Shown one piece after another: positions 50,514-63,288 of a stretch of DNA of 64,000 nt. The stretch is from Vermamoeba vermiformis (taxonomy: Eukaryota). The stretch covers positions 1-64,000 of the forward strand of contig JBEWZL010000244.1 in the NCBI GenBank assembly GCA_045837725.1, in the 5' to 3' direction. A program made the position numbers and the translations under genes. The notes under the pieces were generated by a model, which was given only the letters and a program-made list of their open reading frames with translations, made no database searches and was not told where the DNA came from. Each line of letters starts with the position of its first letter. Position 1 is the first letter of the stretch.

Positions 50514-53500
50514 ATGCGAACACAACTAGTGATTTTGGTTTTGGTCTCCTTAGCATCGCTGGATCTAGCCAAAATATATCAGCCCCAAGCCCCTCGGCCG
50601 TGTGGATTAGGTGATTATAGTTTCACTGACTTAGCAATTAATTGCACTACGCAATTAATCACTATCACTGATGTTGGCACGTTAACGGCTCTGCGTGTCG
50701 GCGTGATTATCGAACATCCCGTAACACCAGATCTGTACATAACATTAATTCCACCGAGTAAGTTACGTTCGGGAAACCTTTAGAAAGATTACTGGCGAGA
50801 ACAACGCTCAGATGTGATCTTAAAAATTTAATGCTCAATTATTGCAAAGTACTAGACAAAGCCTTTAGGGACAATAATAGAAATATAGCAATTATGACTG
50901 ATTGCGTTACTAATTTAAATCAAAAATTTCATTCCATAAAAACGATCAACGATCCGATTTTTATCCCAGTCTTTAATTCACACTTTCGGAATTCTGATTG
51001 TTCTTATACAGGTCGAAAGTGGTTTGGCGAATCTACGGGTGAATACAATGATACAATTTGGAACGCTAATAATTACGCTTACGGAAATTACTCAACACCC
51101 GTACTCATTTGGGGCTTTGGTGGAGGAATTTATGGCCCTGCTAATCTTGGTAAATAACAACATTATCTTCCAGCGCATCTAATATGTTTAGGTTCGAGTG
51201 TCACTGGAGAATATTTCAACATGACTTCCATGGCTGATCCTTTCTTTGGATTTGATGCTCTTTATTGGATGCCCGTTCTTAATGTTGAGAATATGACCGG
51301 AAATTTTGGAGGTGTACGTAAGCCATTTCTAATTGTTGAAGAAGCGTACTTAATGTATAAACAGAGGATAAGTGATCTCGACCAAACTGTTGCATCTGTC
51401 CTCGGAGAAGATATTGCTGGTGATTGGAACATGGTCATTGCGGATGCAGTAGGAGGAGAAAACGGCACTTTACTGCGATGGATTATCGATTTGAAATTCT
51501 GTGGTGACGGTGAAGTCACATACCCCGAGGAGTGCGATGGTGGTGCGAACTGCGATAGTTGCAAATGTGCTGCTGGAGCTCGACCCGATCCAAACAACCC
51601 TGGAGCATGCGCATCTAATAGTAGGTGCCGCCTATAATTCAAGCACGTAATCTCACATTTTATTTCAGCCTGTGGTGATCTTGTTGTGGGTGGCAAAGAG
51701 GAGTGTGACGGCGGATACGGATGCGACAATCAATGTAAGTGCGTCGCTGGATGGGTTCCTAATGCACAACGAACTGCACACTGTCAATTAGGTACGTAAT
51801 ATAAGCACAATTAAATGTAGTGAAGCTCTTCTAATTATTGGCGTAGTTGGCAAAAAGTTCACGAAGACCATCAATACAGGTTTCTATGACGGAGGGTACG
51901 AACAAAAATCATGTATAGTAATTGTATTTACGTTATATTTTGACAGATGGAATACGATTGCGCAACTTGATGTGACTGACAGCGGAACAATTCAATCCAT
52001 AAAGTTCGGAATCCTCGCTATACATCCGTGGGCCAGCGACATTTATCTTTGGGTTGTGCGCCCTGGTAAGCTGTTTACGAATCGGATTTTTAAGCTGGAC
52101 AATGGAATTAACCAATCAATAAGGTTTTAATTTCCCTGATGCCTTGCCCGTTGATTATACCTCCGATTCGTCACTCGTAACAGCTGATGAGAGCAGCGGT
52201 ACTATCAAATTGTTGGGATATTACGGCTACTACCTAGGTGCCACAGACGTCGGCAATGTTACTGCAACAAAACCTCTCTTTATTGGTGCAGCAAATGATC
52301 AAATGATCAGCGCACCGAGATTGGATCCAGCTTATCGTACAATTGAGGGCGATGTCACCGCTGCTGTAAGTGCACCATTAACACATGTCATTTGATACTA
52401 ATCGCTTGTCTAGGAACGACTTCATTCGGACAGAATCGCCTTGTTGGTCGGAACTGAATTGCAAGGTACTTGGAAAGTTGTGGCTGGAGACTGGAGTGCT
52501 GATAGCTGGTCTGGAACGTTGTTGCAATTCACAATAGAAGTTTTGTGTATGTACCAAGGACAGCTCGCGTTCATTCGCCTAACCTTTTTTGATAGATTGC
52601 GGCGATGGTATATGGAACCCTTGGCACGAGCAATGCGAACAAGTGGCTGGCTGCAATAACGCCACGTGTACTTGTCTCGATGGCTATAAGAATGCTAACG
52701 GAACTTGCAGTACGTAGATAACTAGTCCTTGAGATGGGCCTATTTAACATTGCTCCTCAGGTCAATGTGGCAACGGTAAAGTTGATCCAGGCGAGGAGTG
52801 CGATGGTACCGAGAACTGTTCCGCGGACTGCAAATGTCAAGTTGGAACTTCTGACGGCACAAAATGTGTCATTGCTAGCGGGATTGACGGTCCAGTCGCT
52901 GGAGCATCCTCCAGTGCCCTTATTGGAGGAGTTGTAGGAGGTGTTGGTGGTGCACTTGTCGCCGGTGCTATTGTGTTGATTGTTCTTGCCTCGAAAGGAA
53001 AGTTAAAGAAAAAGAAGAAAGAGGACAAAGAGGAGCTGAACCAAAGCGATGTTGAGGCCGGATCGGTTTACGGACCTATTGGCGGTGCTGATTCAAGGAA
53101 GGCCGGCAAGGCTGTTGAAATGCGTAAGTTGCTCTTTTGCTTTTAATCAGTCGTTAACGTGCTACAGAAACGATTTCGCCGGAAGATCGACTGAAAATTC
53201 CTTACCACTCCCTTGTGTTCAAGCAAGAGATCGGTGTTGGTGGCTTCGGCAAGGTGTTTGTCGGAGAATGGCAACGAACAAAAGTCGCCATCAAAGTTGC
53301 AACTGTTGCCAGTGCTGAGGACTTTTTGCGCGAGGCCAGACTTTCAGTGTACGTACCAACAGTGTGCCTTTAAAGTGTTTCTTACTGTCTTTCAATAGGT
53401 ACTTGCGACCTCATCCCAACGTCGTACAAACACTCGGAGTGAGCGTTGATGGTCAGTTCCCAGCACTTGTTCTCGAGTATTGTGCTGGTGGAAGCCTCGA

Positions 53501-54314
53501 CAAGGCGCTCTACAACCCTACAAAACAAATGAGTTACCTCGACAAGCTTCGTATCATCACAGGCATTGCAAAAGGTACGTACCATAGACGAGTTTGTCTT
53601 TCAGAAGCTTACGTCTAATTCTCAGGCATGCTTCACTTGCACTCAAACAACATTGTTCATCGTGACTTGGCAGCACGAAACATCTTGTTGTCGGGCACCG
53701 GTGAACCAAAGATCTCAGACTTTGGCATGTCTCGTCTTGTTGCTGATGATGAAGGCATGACCACTCGCACCAATGTCGGTCCAATCAAATGGATGGCACC
53801 AGAATCACTCAAATACAAAGAGTATTCGAAGAAGTCAGATGTGTGGAGCTTTGGAGTCGTTGTTTGGGAGATTGTCACTCGTGAAGAACCTTACAAGGGC
53901 GAAGATTTGATGGAGCTAGCGTTGAATATTCGTGACAAAGGAAAGACTTTGCCTATTCCCGAGTGCGAGCCTATCTTCCAGAATGTTATGAGGGACTGTT
54001 TCCAATCAGATCCGCACCAGAGAAAGGCAAGTTTGAACTTAATATCGTTTGCAATGTATTAACCCAGACGGCTATTATAGGATTTTGATGTCATTTGCAG
54101 CGAGCTTGATACTGAGCTTGAAGCGCAAGAGACGAATGGTACCGCTGCTCGTGTGTTTACCGTAACTCCCAACACCACTAATAATACCTTACCTGGTTCC
54201 AATGTTCAACTGCCAAGCAATGATGAATCAAATAGCAGTTCAAAGGACTCGTCGAGTGAATCAGAGTCTTCTGGTTCGGGATCGAGCGAATCTGGCTCCT
54301 CAGAAAGCGACTAA
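50514..54314 (+). CDS. Receptor tyrosine-kinase-like protein 1 (P-domain-like and Cys-rich ectodomain, TM, kinase)
   Basis: Signal peptide and CGDG..EECD repeats. TM GGVVGGVGGALV followed by a poly-K stop-transfer. Kinase motifs GVGGFG, VAIK, HRDLAARN, DFG and GPIKWMAPE. Confidence 0.9.
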
Positions 54315-54628
54315 ATAATTGTAAATAAGCAATCTAGAGCAAAAAAATTGAATAATAAATAAATTTTTTAACAATACTTGCCTATTAGACTCGTGCATGG
54401 ACCAAAAGGAAAAAGAAATGCAATTAGCGCGTTTACTACTAGTACTGTCCGCTGAAACTCTTTGGCCCAAATTACTATACAGAAGATTTAAATTAATGAA
54501 AACTACCTTTGGTACTCGATTCGATGAAAATTGAATTTAAATTTGAACGGCCAAATTTGGCACCACTTGCTAAACGTTACACATTTTATTTTTTCGGTAT
54601 TCCATACTAACGTTATAAACTGAGCAGC

Positions 54629-57600
54629 ATGGAGCACCGTTTATTATGGCTGGTGGTCATTCTGACGATTGCAGGTCTTGGATGTGGAGAAATTTTTGTA
54701 CCTGCTGCTCCTACCAACTGCAATATTCCTGATAGCGGCGTTATAGACACTTTCGCACAATGTACTACTCAGACAATTAATATCCCTAAAAGCGGTATCA
54801 TCACAGCCGTACGAGTAGGATTCCAGATCTCTCATCCATTCGCTTCGGATGTGATGGTTGCTTTATTGCCTCCAGGTAAGTTATTATAGCATAACCACTT
54901 AGATATCTGGATCAATCAATTGAAATTAAACGAAGACTTTCGTAATTCCAAATTTATCGAATCTATGACGGCTTTAAATTGTAACCGTTGGCCGATTGTG
55001 AAACGCAGATATAAATATTAACTATAATTATTTACTCATTCGGAGAGCTGCCGAAAGTAGATCGGTACATCTGCCGAAAATGTAGCCATTTCTTTTCCTT
55101 TTTAAAATCGGCCTTTCGATCGAAATCTAATTTATTCTTACTTTAGGGCGAACTTGGCAAGGAGCTTCAACTGGCACATATGATTCAACGATTTTCTTGG
55201 ACAACAATTGCCGCCAATACTCGGATCCAACAACGGCTTTATTAACCGTAGGATATCCTGATAACGGAGCAACGCGAACTACGGATTTAGGTAAAGCTGT
55301 TTTAGCTTGAAATTTAAATCGGAATTATTTGTTGATCTTGCATCCCAGGTGATATTGCGAATGACGACTACTTTTATGTTGCCAGTTTGCAAGATCCTGA
55401 ATATGGATTCTTAGCGGACTATTTTATGGAGCCTTATTACCGATCTCAACTTACTGGCGTGTGGGGACCGGTAAGAATTAACTTTTTGGCGCCTTTTGTC
55501 TAACTCGAACTCGTTTCCACCTAGATTACACCAAGTCATGATGAGAAGTTTCGAGGCATCGCAGGCACCGATATGCAAGGTGATTGGAACCTTGTTATTG
55601 CTGATCAGTTCTCTGGCGATGTTGGCTACCTATTAAAATGGGTCATCGAAGTAAAATGTAAGAAAAATAATTTGGAGAATGGATAATATCAAAATAATAG
55701 CCAATCTGTTCGACGTACTCTCAGAATATTATGAATTTTAATACAATTTTATTTTACTTTCGTATTTTAAACAATTCAAATCCGCCCAATAGCGGGCGAT
55801 AGTAATAGATCTACTACCGCCTAATTTTTAAAATTTTACTGACCTTGTTTAGATTGCGGAGACGGTGAAGTCACTTACCCGGAAGAGTGCGACGGCGGAG
55901 CCAATTGTAACAGCCAGTGTCTCTGTCCTGCTGGTTCTAGACCTGATGGAAGCGCAGGCTGTGTTGTTAATAGTACGTAAATCTGGCGTGGTCCATTTGA
56001 TGAAACTAACAATTATTATCAGCGTGCGGTGACGGCTTTGCTTGGAACACCGAAGAATGTGATGGTGGTTTTGGCTGTCAAACAAATTGTACTTGCGCTC
56101 CTGGCTGGAAGCCACAAGGTGCTCGGAGATCGGATTGCCAATTACGTACGTGAGCAGCCATTGAGCTGAACATTATGCTGATGGGTGTTTTGTACAGAGG
56201 CTGTTAAGAAGTACAAGTTCACAACTCCCACTGCTATCCCAGATACTCAGTAAGAACAGAAAAATATAGGCGCGGCGGTCGTTAATAACGTTTAATGCAG
56301 AATGACGCAACTATTGCTCAATATCCCCGATTCTGGTGTCATTCAATCAATCAAATTCGGATTTGTTGTGAGTCATCCTTGGGCAAGTGATGTCTACATC
56401 TACGTAGTGCCTCCAGGTATGGCTTGCAAAGTCTTAAGTAGATACGAGCAATACACGAGTATTAATTTTAACCTAAACAGCAAAAGGTTCTGCTTGGGGC
56501 ACAACTTTCCCCGTGGACTACACCGAAGCCACTCAAGCTATTGCAGACTTGCCTTCATCTGATGATATTAAATTCTTTGGATTCTATGGCAGTAGCAATG
56601 GTGCGACTGACATTGGTGACACAACGAACTTAATTCCCGCTTATTTTGGTCCGCCATCTGACCCGAACTATAGCGCGCGTAGAATGAACACAGCTTTTGT
56701 GCGAATTAAAGGCGATCAAGGAATTGCTGAAAAACGACAAGCAACGAAGGCCGATTCTGTTTTAGGCACAAATATCCAAGGTAATAATACGCTAGTATGC
56801 CGTCTACTTAGCTAATGTTGCCGTTTTAGGCCAGTGGCAACTTGTAATTGGAGACTGGAGTAGCGATAACTCTGGTACCTTGATTCAGTTCGTTATTGAA
56901 GTGCTGTGTAAGACCAAAATTTCGCGCGTTGATTTGTTCTAACTTTTGAGCGTAGACTGTGGTGATGGCCTGTACAATCCACGCGCTGAGTCGTGTGATG
57001 GTACTGTTGGTTGTAATAACGCAACTTGCACGTGTATGACGGGCTACTACAATCAAAGTGGCGAGTGCCTTCCTTGTAAGTACACTAATAATGCTTTATA
57101 TATGCCGTTTCTGACTCAAATTAGACTGCGGAAACGGTGTTGTTGACAACGGTGAGCTCTGTGACAAATCAGAAAACTGCTTGGCTAATTGCACGTGCGC
57201 AAGCGGTTTCACCGCGAACAATGGTCTGTGTGCAGCTATTGTAGTCCCAGCTACAGCATCTACACCGGAAAATAACATCGTCAACACCCCTGTTACCGAT
57301 AGTAGTGCCTTGATCGGTGGTGTTGTTGGTGGTGTTGGTGGCGCTTTAGTTATTTTAGCTGTCGTCTTGATTGTGTTGGGAGCTACAGGCAAGCTGAAGA
57401 AAAAGAAGAAGAGTGAACACGACGTCGAGAACCCTAGCAATGGAATTTATGGTCCAATTGGCGGTCAATCCTCAGGCAATAACTTTACGAACAAATCTGT
57501 TGAACTCGAGAACCTAGCACCGGAAGACCGATTGAAGATTCCTTACTACTCTTTAGTGTTCAAGCAAGAGATTGGTGTTGGTGGTTTCGGCAAGGTGTTT

Positions 57601-58692
57601 GTCGGAGAATGGCAACGAACAAAAGTCGCCATCAAAGTCGCAACTGTTGCCAGCGCTGAGGACTTCACTCGCGAGGCCAGACTTTCAGTGTACGTGGATA
57701 TTTATTGCTACATGCATTACTAACCTGCTTATAGCTACCTCCGACCTCATCCCAACGTCGTACAAACACTTGGAGTGAGTGTTGATGGTCAGTTCCCAGC
57801 ACTTGTTCTCGAATACTGTGCTGGTGGAAGTCTCGACAAAGCTCTTTACAACCAGTCTAAACAGATGACCTATGTTGACAAGCTTCGTATCATCACAGGC
57901 ATTGCAAAAGGTACGTGCAGCTGGCTCATTCGATCGATTTCAGTAGCTGACCTACTCACTCTCAGGCATGCTGCACTTGCACTCAAACAACATTGTTCAT
58001 CGTGACTTGGCAGCACGAAACATCTTGTTGTCAGGCACTGGTGAACCAAAGATCTCAGACTTTGGCATGTCTCGTCTTGTTGCTGATGATGAAGGCATGA
58101 CCACTCGCACCAATGTCGGTCCGATCAAGTGGATGGCGCCAGAGTCACTCAAATACAAAGAGTACTCGAAGAAGTCAGATGTGTGGAGCTTTGGAGTTGT
58201 TGTTTGGGAGATTGTTACTCGTGAAGAGCCTTACAAGGGCGTGGATCTGATGGACTTGGCACTGAAGATCCGTGATCAAGGTCATACCCTATCCATTCCC
58301 GAGTGCGAGCCTATCTTCAAGCTTATCATGGCTAATTGCTTCAAGCAAGAGCCTCAAGACAGATCCGTAAGTTTATCTGTCTATATCAACGGCCAAGGCT
58401 AATAATTAAGCTTGTATAGGACTTTGATGTTATTTGCAGTATTCTCGACAAAGAACTCGATGAGCAAGAGTTGCACGGCCCAGTGTCGTTGTTCTCTGTC
58501 TCTAACACGACCTTGCCCAACTCAAACACAACCTTACCCGGATCTAATGTCGCTTTACCACCGGGCAATTCCATTACTGCTCAACCAAAGGACAATTCAG
58601 CTAGTGAATATAGCAGTTCTAACGACTCTGATGATGATTCAGACAGAGAAGATCCCGACTCGGAAGAAAGCTCCGAAGTGTCTACTGACTAA
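54629..58692 (+). CDS. Receptor tyrosine-kinase-like protein 2, tandem paralogue
   Basis: Same architecture and largely shared intron positions as 50514-54314, with near-identical kinase exons. Confidence 0.9.
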
Positions 58693-58902
58693 TGCTTCCC
58701 TTAATCATTAGTATACTCTATTTTGTAAATATTTAAAATTAAATTTATTCTAATAACGCTGGAACAGCTCGATCGCGTGAAAAACTTTGTTGCGGCTATG
58801 TTAGTAGCACAACTAGGAAAATTTATAAATAAGCCAAGTATTGTATCGGCGTATATAAATTATTCAAATAAGAAGCGGAAAGTCACAAACTTGTTTACTT
58901 TG

Positions 58903-60036
58903 ATGGAATCCAAGCGCCAAGTCATTTCGTCGGCCTATAATACCAGCAAAATTGGTAATAATTATTCTTCATAGTAAATCATCGAATTGCTATATTTTCG
59001 AACAAATTTGAAGATAATTGGATTTATTAAAAATATTTTAAACCAAATTTTCTTCGGATTTCACATGAGGACCCGTATTAACTTTTAGATTAAACAGATT
59101 TTAATGCTCGAGAGTTTCAAGAGAACCTTCGTACCGAATTTATTGGCCGCTCGTTTATTTATCGACACCTAGTTGACTCGACGATGACCCTTGCACAAAA
59201 TGAAGAGGCAGGCGGCTGTCCGCATGGTACACTTGTTCTCGCAGAGTGCCAGTCTCACGGCATTGGACGTGGCGGTCGAGATTGGGTCTCGCAGCCGAGC
59301 GTAAGTTCGGTGGTTTTTTGAGAATGACGCTTACACTACACACAGGGCAATCTTTACTTCAGTATCGTAATACGGCCACGAGTATTTACGGATCTGTACA
59401 AATTGAACTTTTCGATCTGTCTTGCTGTGTGCCAGAGTTGTGATCAAGAAGGTAAGCTTGTTCGTATGCACGACGCAACGTTTACTAATCGCGATTAAAT
59501 CAATAGGTATCAGTACGAATGTAAAGTGGCCTAATGATGTATGGTACGATCGATCGAAAAAACTGTCTGGCATGCTCATCAACACTTCATTCGTTGGCAA
59601 AGAGGCGTCAGCTGTCATTGGCATTGGTGTAAGGCTACAGGCCTCTTTTTACTAATCCGATCTTACTAATGCAACGCAGATTAATGTCAACGAAGATATG
59701 ACAAAGACAAACAACGCAGAGATTCAAAAAGTTGCGACGAGCTTATTTAACATAACAGGAAGATTAATCAACCGCGAGAAATTTTTAGCAAACGTTTGCA
59801 ACCATTTAGAAGAGCTCACCGTCAAACCCATGGACGCTATTATTGAGTTATATAAGAAGTATGATCTATTGTGTGGCAACGATATTGTGGTCATGCCAAA
59901 GGGTCGCGATAATCCCGAACGCATTGACGCAAAAGCAGTTACTTTCTCGCACGAAGGAGCACTCATAGTTCAATATCAAGATGGTACTACAAAAGAGCTC
60001 ATTGCTGAAGAAGTCAGTATCCGACCCAAGATCTAA
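58903..60036 (+). CDS. Biotin-protein ligase (BirA/holocarboxylase synthetase family)
   Basis: VDST, AECQSHGIGRGGRDWVS, GNLYFS, KWPND, KKLSGML and IGIG|INVN. Confidence 0.92.
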
Positions 60037-60119
60037 GTTGGATCGCAGGTACTTGTACATATTTCTACACTTTTACGTTATTATAAACAACCAATTTGTC
60101 AAATTTGAACCTGCCGTAG

Positions 60120-60500
60120 CTTGCAGTGGCACGGACATCGCACTCCACCTGTCAGTGACGAACCTCAATATCAACCCACTAAGCAACAACAAAACCAAAC
60201 CAATCGCCACAGCAGCAAACATGTTTCGGCAAACGAGGACTGTTTGTGGAGCGTAACAGTTATTGTAACCACGATGATGCTCATAAGCATAAACTGTTGT
60301 TTGCCGAAGTAGTGTGGCTCAAAAATATTTTTCCCTCGACTCAACGCCAAGCCCGCTTAGCTCAGTCGGTAGAGCGCACGGCTCTTAACCGTGTGGTCGT
60401 GGGTTCGAGCCCCACAGCGGGCGTATTTCTTTTTTTTTTTTTGCTTGAAGAGAGCTAGCACGCAAACAACGAACTGCAACAAACAAGTCTGGTTGTGTAC
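60120..60500 (+). repeat. tRNA-Lys cassette, left arm of inverted pair 2, including a decayed 3' fragment of the 63095 gene
   Basis: Inverted match to 62912-63288. Confidence 0.9.
60351..60423 (+). tRNA. tRNA-Lys(CTT)
   Basis: Identical to 28342-28414. Confidence 0.97.
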
Positions 60501-60772
60501 TCGTCGTTCGTTTTAGGTTTTTCTGGTTGCGGCTGACTTCGTTTTTTAGAAGACGTTTCAAAATTTAGATAAAGTCAAAGCGGAAACCGTTTATTCAAGC
60601 ACCGAGCGACGCAGGAATTAGCATTACTTAAAAATCTTTGTGACATCCGATCTTACGGTTTGCTCCAGTCTTGCTCGCTTGTTTATGTCCACTTCATCCT
60701 CATCACTGAACGCCATATCAAAAGCACGCTTCACTATGGCAATCAAATGTTAAAATTGTGTGCTTGTGGTCT

Positions 60773-62622
60773 TTATGCTTTCACTCGATTTATTTCGAAC
60801 AACGATCTAGCTTGGAAAGTTGTACAACCATGCGCACGAGCGTATTTGATCAACAGCGGAAGTGAAGACCTGCACTCTTCATCGTTCCATTTGCCTATTG
60901 AGTATTCGTCAGAATGGTAGTTCAATACGATGCTGCGGTCAGATTTGCTTACATCCAATCTTTGTCAAGTATGCCATATTTGGCAAGTCATACACTGAAG
61001 CGAGATGTTCTGAAGTCCACTGAGCTCCTTGTTGTGTCAAGAAATCGAGTATTTCAGGCGTTGAATACTTTGCGGCAGTCATCATACATTGTTCCATGTC
61101 AAGATCTTCCTTATTTGGCAATTTCTCCCACAACAGTTTCAAGATCTCGATGTTCTCCGATTCAATGGCCCGATTGATTAACCGCTGCACGAGAGGAAGG
61201 TTTGATGGCGTGAGCGCTCCAAGACCGAACTGAGCTTGTATTTGCACGGGAGATTTGTTCGGGAGATTTCGTTCAAAGGCAAGTTTCAACACCTCCACAT
61301 TCCTGTTTACAATACCCCATATGTACGGATTAATCTCGTCGAATGACACTTTCACTTCATCGAGCATGAACTTGAACAGTTCAACCGAAGTCAGCGAACT
61401 TTCCGCTGCCACTCTGTACGGCACTGACATTGGGTCTGTTGGTTTAGGAAACCCTTGGTTAAGCATAAAACGAAGTGTTTGAATGTCGCCCATCCGCACT
61501 TGATCCGTCCACAAATTGTTCAAACCATTAAGTTCTTGCAAGCCGTGTTGTTGCACGATGTACTTGAAGCAGTCAAACGTCTTGGACATGTTTGGGACCG
61601 GATATGTGTTAGAATTTTCATCAGCGTAGATAAGACAATCTAAATGACCTTCTTGATTGGCGCAATTTGCACTTTGCTTTAGTGGAGCACCCTTCTGATG
61701 AGCGTACTTCAGCATCGTCAAGTCACCGAGCCTTGCTGCCTCCTCGCAGATGTTTCTCTTCCCTCTTCTAAGCTGAAGAACGCCTACAAGTCCTTTGTCG
61801 TTCTCTCCTTTCCACTGAAATTCATTCTGAATGGCGAAGTCCAAGCACTCGATCGAAGGTGTGTACGACACATAACGTTGAGTGCAGCCATTCTCGACTG
61901 CATATTTCATGCACGACAAGTGCCCGTGATACGCCATACTCTCCATAGCAGTTTTTGCTGCGTTGATGTAAACTGAAGAGTACGCTAAGAATGGATCTTG
62001 CTTCTGGGTAGTATCTGCAGGAGGGTCCCAAGGCACTCCATTCTCGTGCAAGTACTTGACCATCGACAGACTACACGTTCCCTTCGTGCATTCAAACAAC
62101 AGATCGGCGTTGAGCGAGAGGCCGTTGTTGACGAGGTGTTGCAAAACTTCCACTTGTCCGCATTGTGCTGCTACTAAACAAAGCTTCTCGGTCCATTCGA
62201 AGTGCAACGTGTTCTTAACATAGTCTAGCAGTGAAATGAAGCCATTCTTGACCAAATATTCCATAAAGTTGTCTTGATCCAGAACAAAATACTTTGGGAA
62301 CGGTCGCAATTCTTTGCATAGCTTGTACAACATAGAATTCGTTGCTCGTAGAAAAATAAAATCCGATATGCGAAGAGACTGCAAGATCACACCCCAGATA
62401 TCTTTTGGAAGCGTGGATGTGTCAAACTTAATAATAAAATGTCAGTTAGAAAAATTGTTAGACAATTTATAAATTCGGATTATGCTCGTTTAAATTATTA
62501 TCAATTAATTTATCTCAAATTTTGTCGGGATAAGATCTTACTTGACATTCGATCCTCGCTCTTTTGCTGCTTGTGTCTCCTTGGTTAATTGGATCAGAAG
62601 CCTCGTCAAAAGTTCGTTTCAT
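60773..62622 (-). CDS. F-box + ankyrin-like repeat protein
   Basis: F-box LPKDIWGVILQSL..LRATNS. Repeats such as AAQCGQVEVLQHL, MVKYLHENGVPWD and GHLSCMKYAVENGC. Confidence 0.8.
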
Positions 62623-62911
62623 GGACTTGCAATAACAAGGGGTTTGTTTTCTCGTTATGAAGTGTTTCTCAATCGATTGAGCGTGTTGACGATTAAAAAT
62701 TGGGTACGGACGTGTCTGTCAACCCATCAACGCTTAAATGCACCACATTTGTTCATCAAAATGGTGGATCGAACGCGAACAGGGAGTTGATAGCGAGTAC
62801 TGGACTTCAATGGTTTGCGCGTGTAGAACGTGACAAATTCTACAACATTGAAGCAACGTGCAGTGCGGAGTTACAGGTTGCGTCTTGCACGAACTGCAAG
62901 CTAACTCGCTC

Positions 62912-63288
62912 GTTCGTTGTTTGCGTGCTCGCTCTTCAAGCAAAAAAAAAAAAGAAATACGCCCGCTGTGGGGCTCGAACCCACGACCACACGGTTAAGA
63001 GCCGTGCGCTCTACCGACTGAGCTAAGCGGGCTTGGCGTTGCGGAGAGGCAAAAATATTTTTGAGCCACACAACTTCGGCAAACAGACCACAGTTTATGC
63101 CGTTATGAGCATCATCATGGTTACAATAACTGTAACGCTCCACAAACAGTCCTCGTTTGCCGAAGAAACTTGTTGCTGTGGGGATTGGTATGGTTCTTGT
63201 TGTTGCGTTGTGGGTTGATATTGAGGTTCGTCACCAACAGGTGGAGTCAATACTTCTCCAAACGGTGCGATACCCATGCCACTGCAAG
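62912..63288 (-). repeat. tRNA-Lys cassette, right arm of inverted pair 2
   Basis: Inverted match to 60120-60475. Confidence 0.9.
62960..63032 (-). tRNA. tRNA-Lys(CTT)
   Basis: Exact reverse complement of the other copies. Confidence 0.97.
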
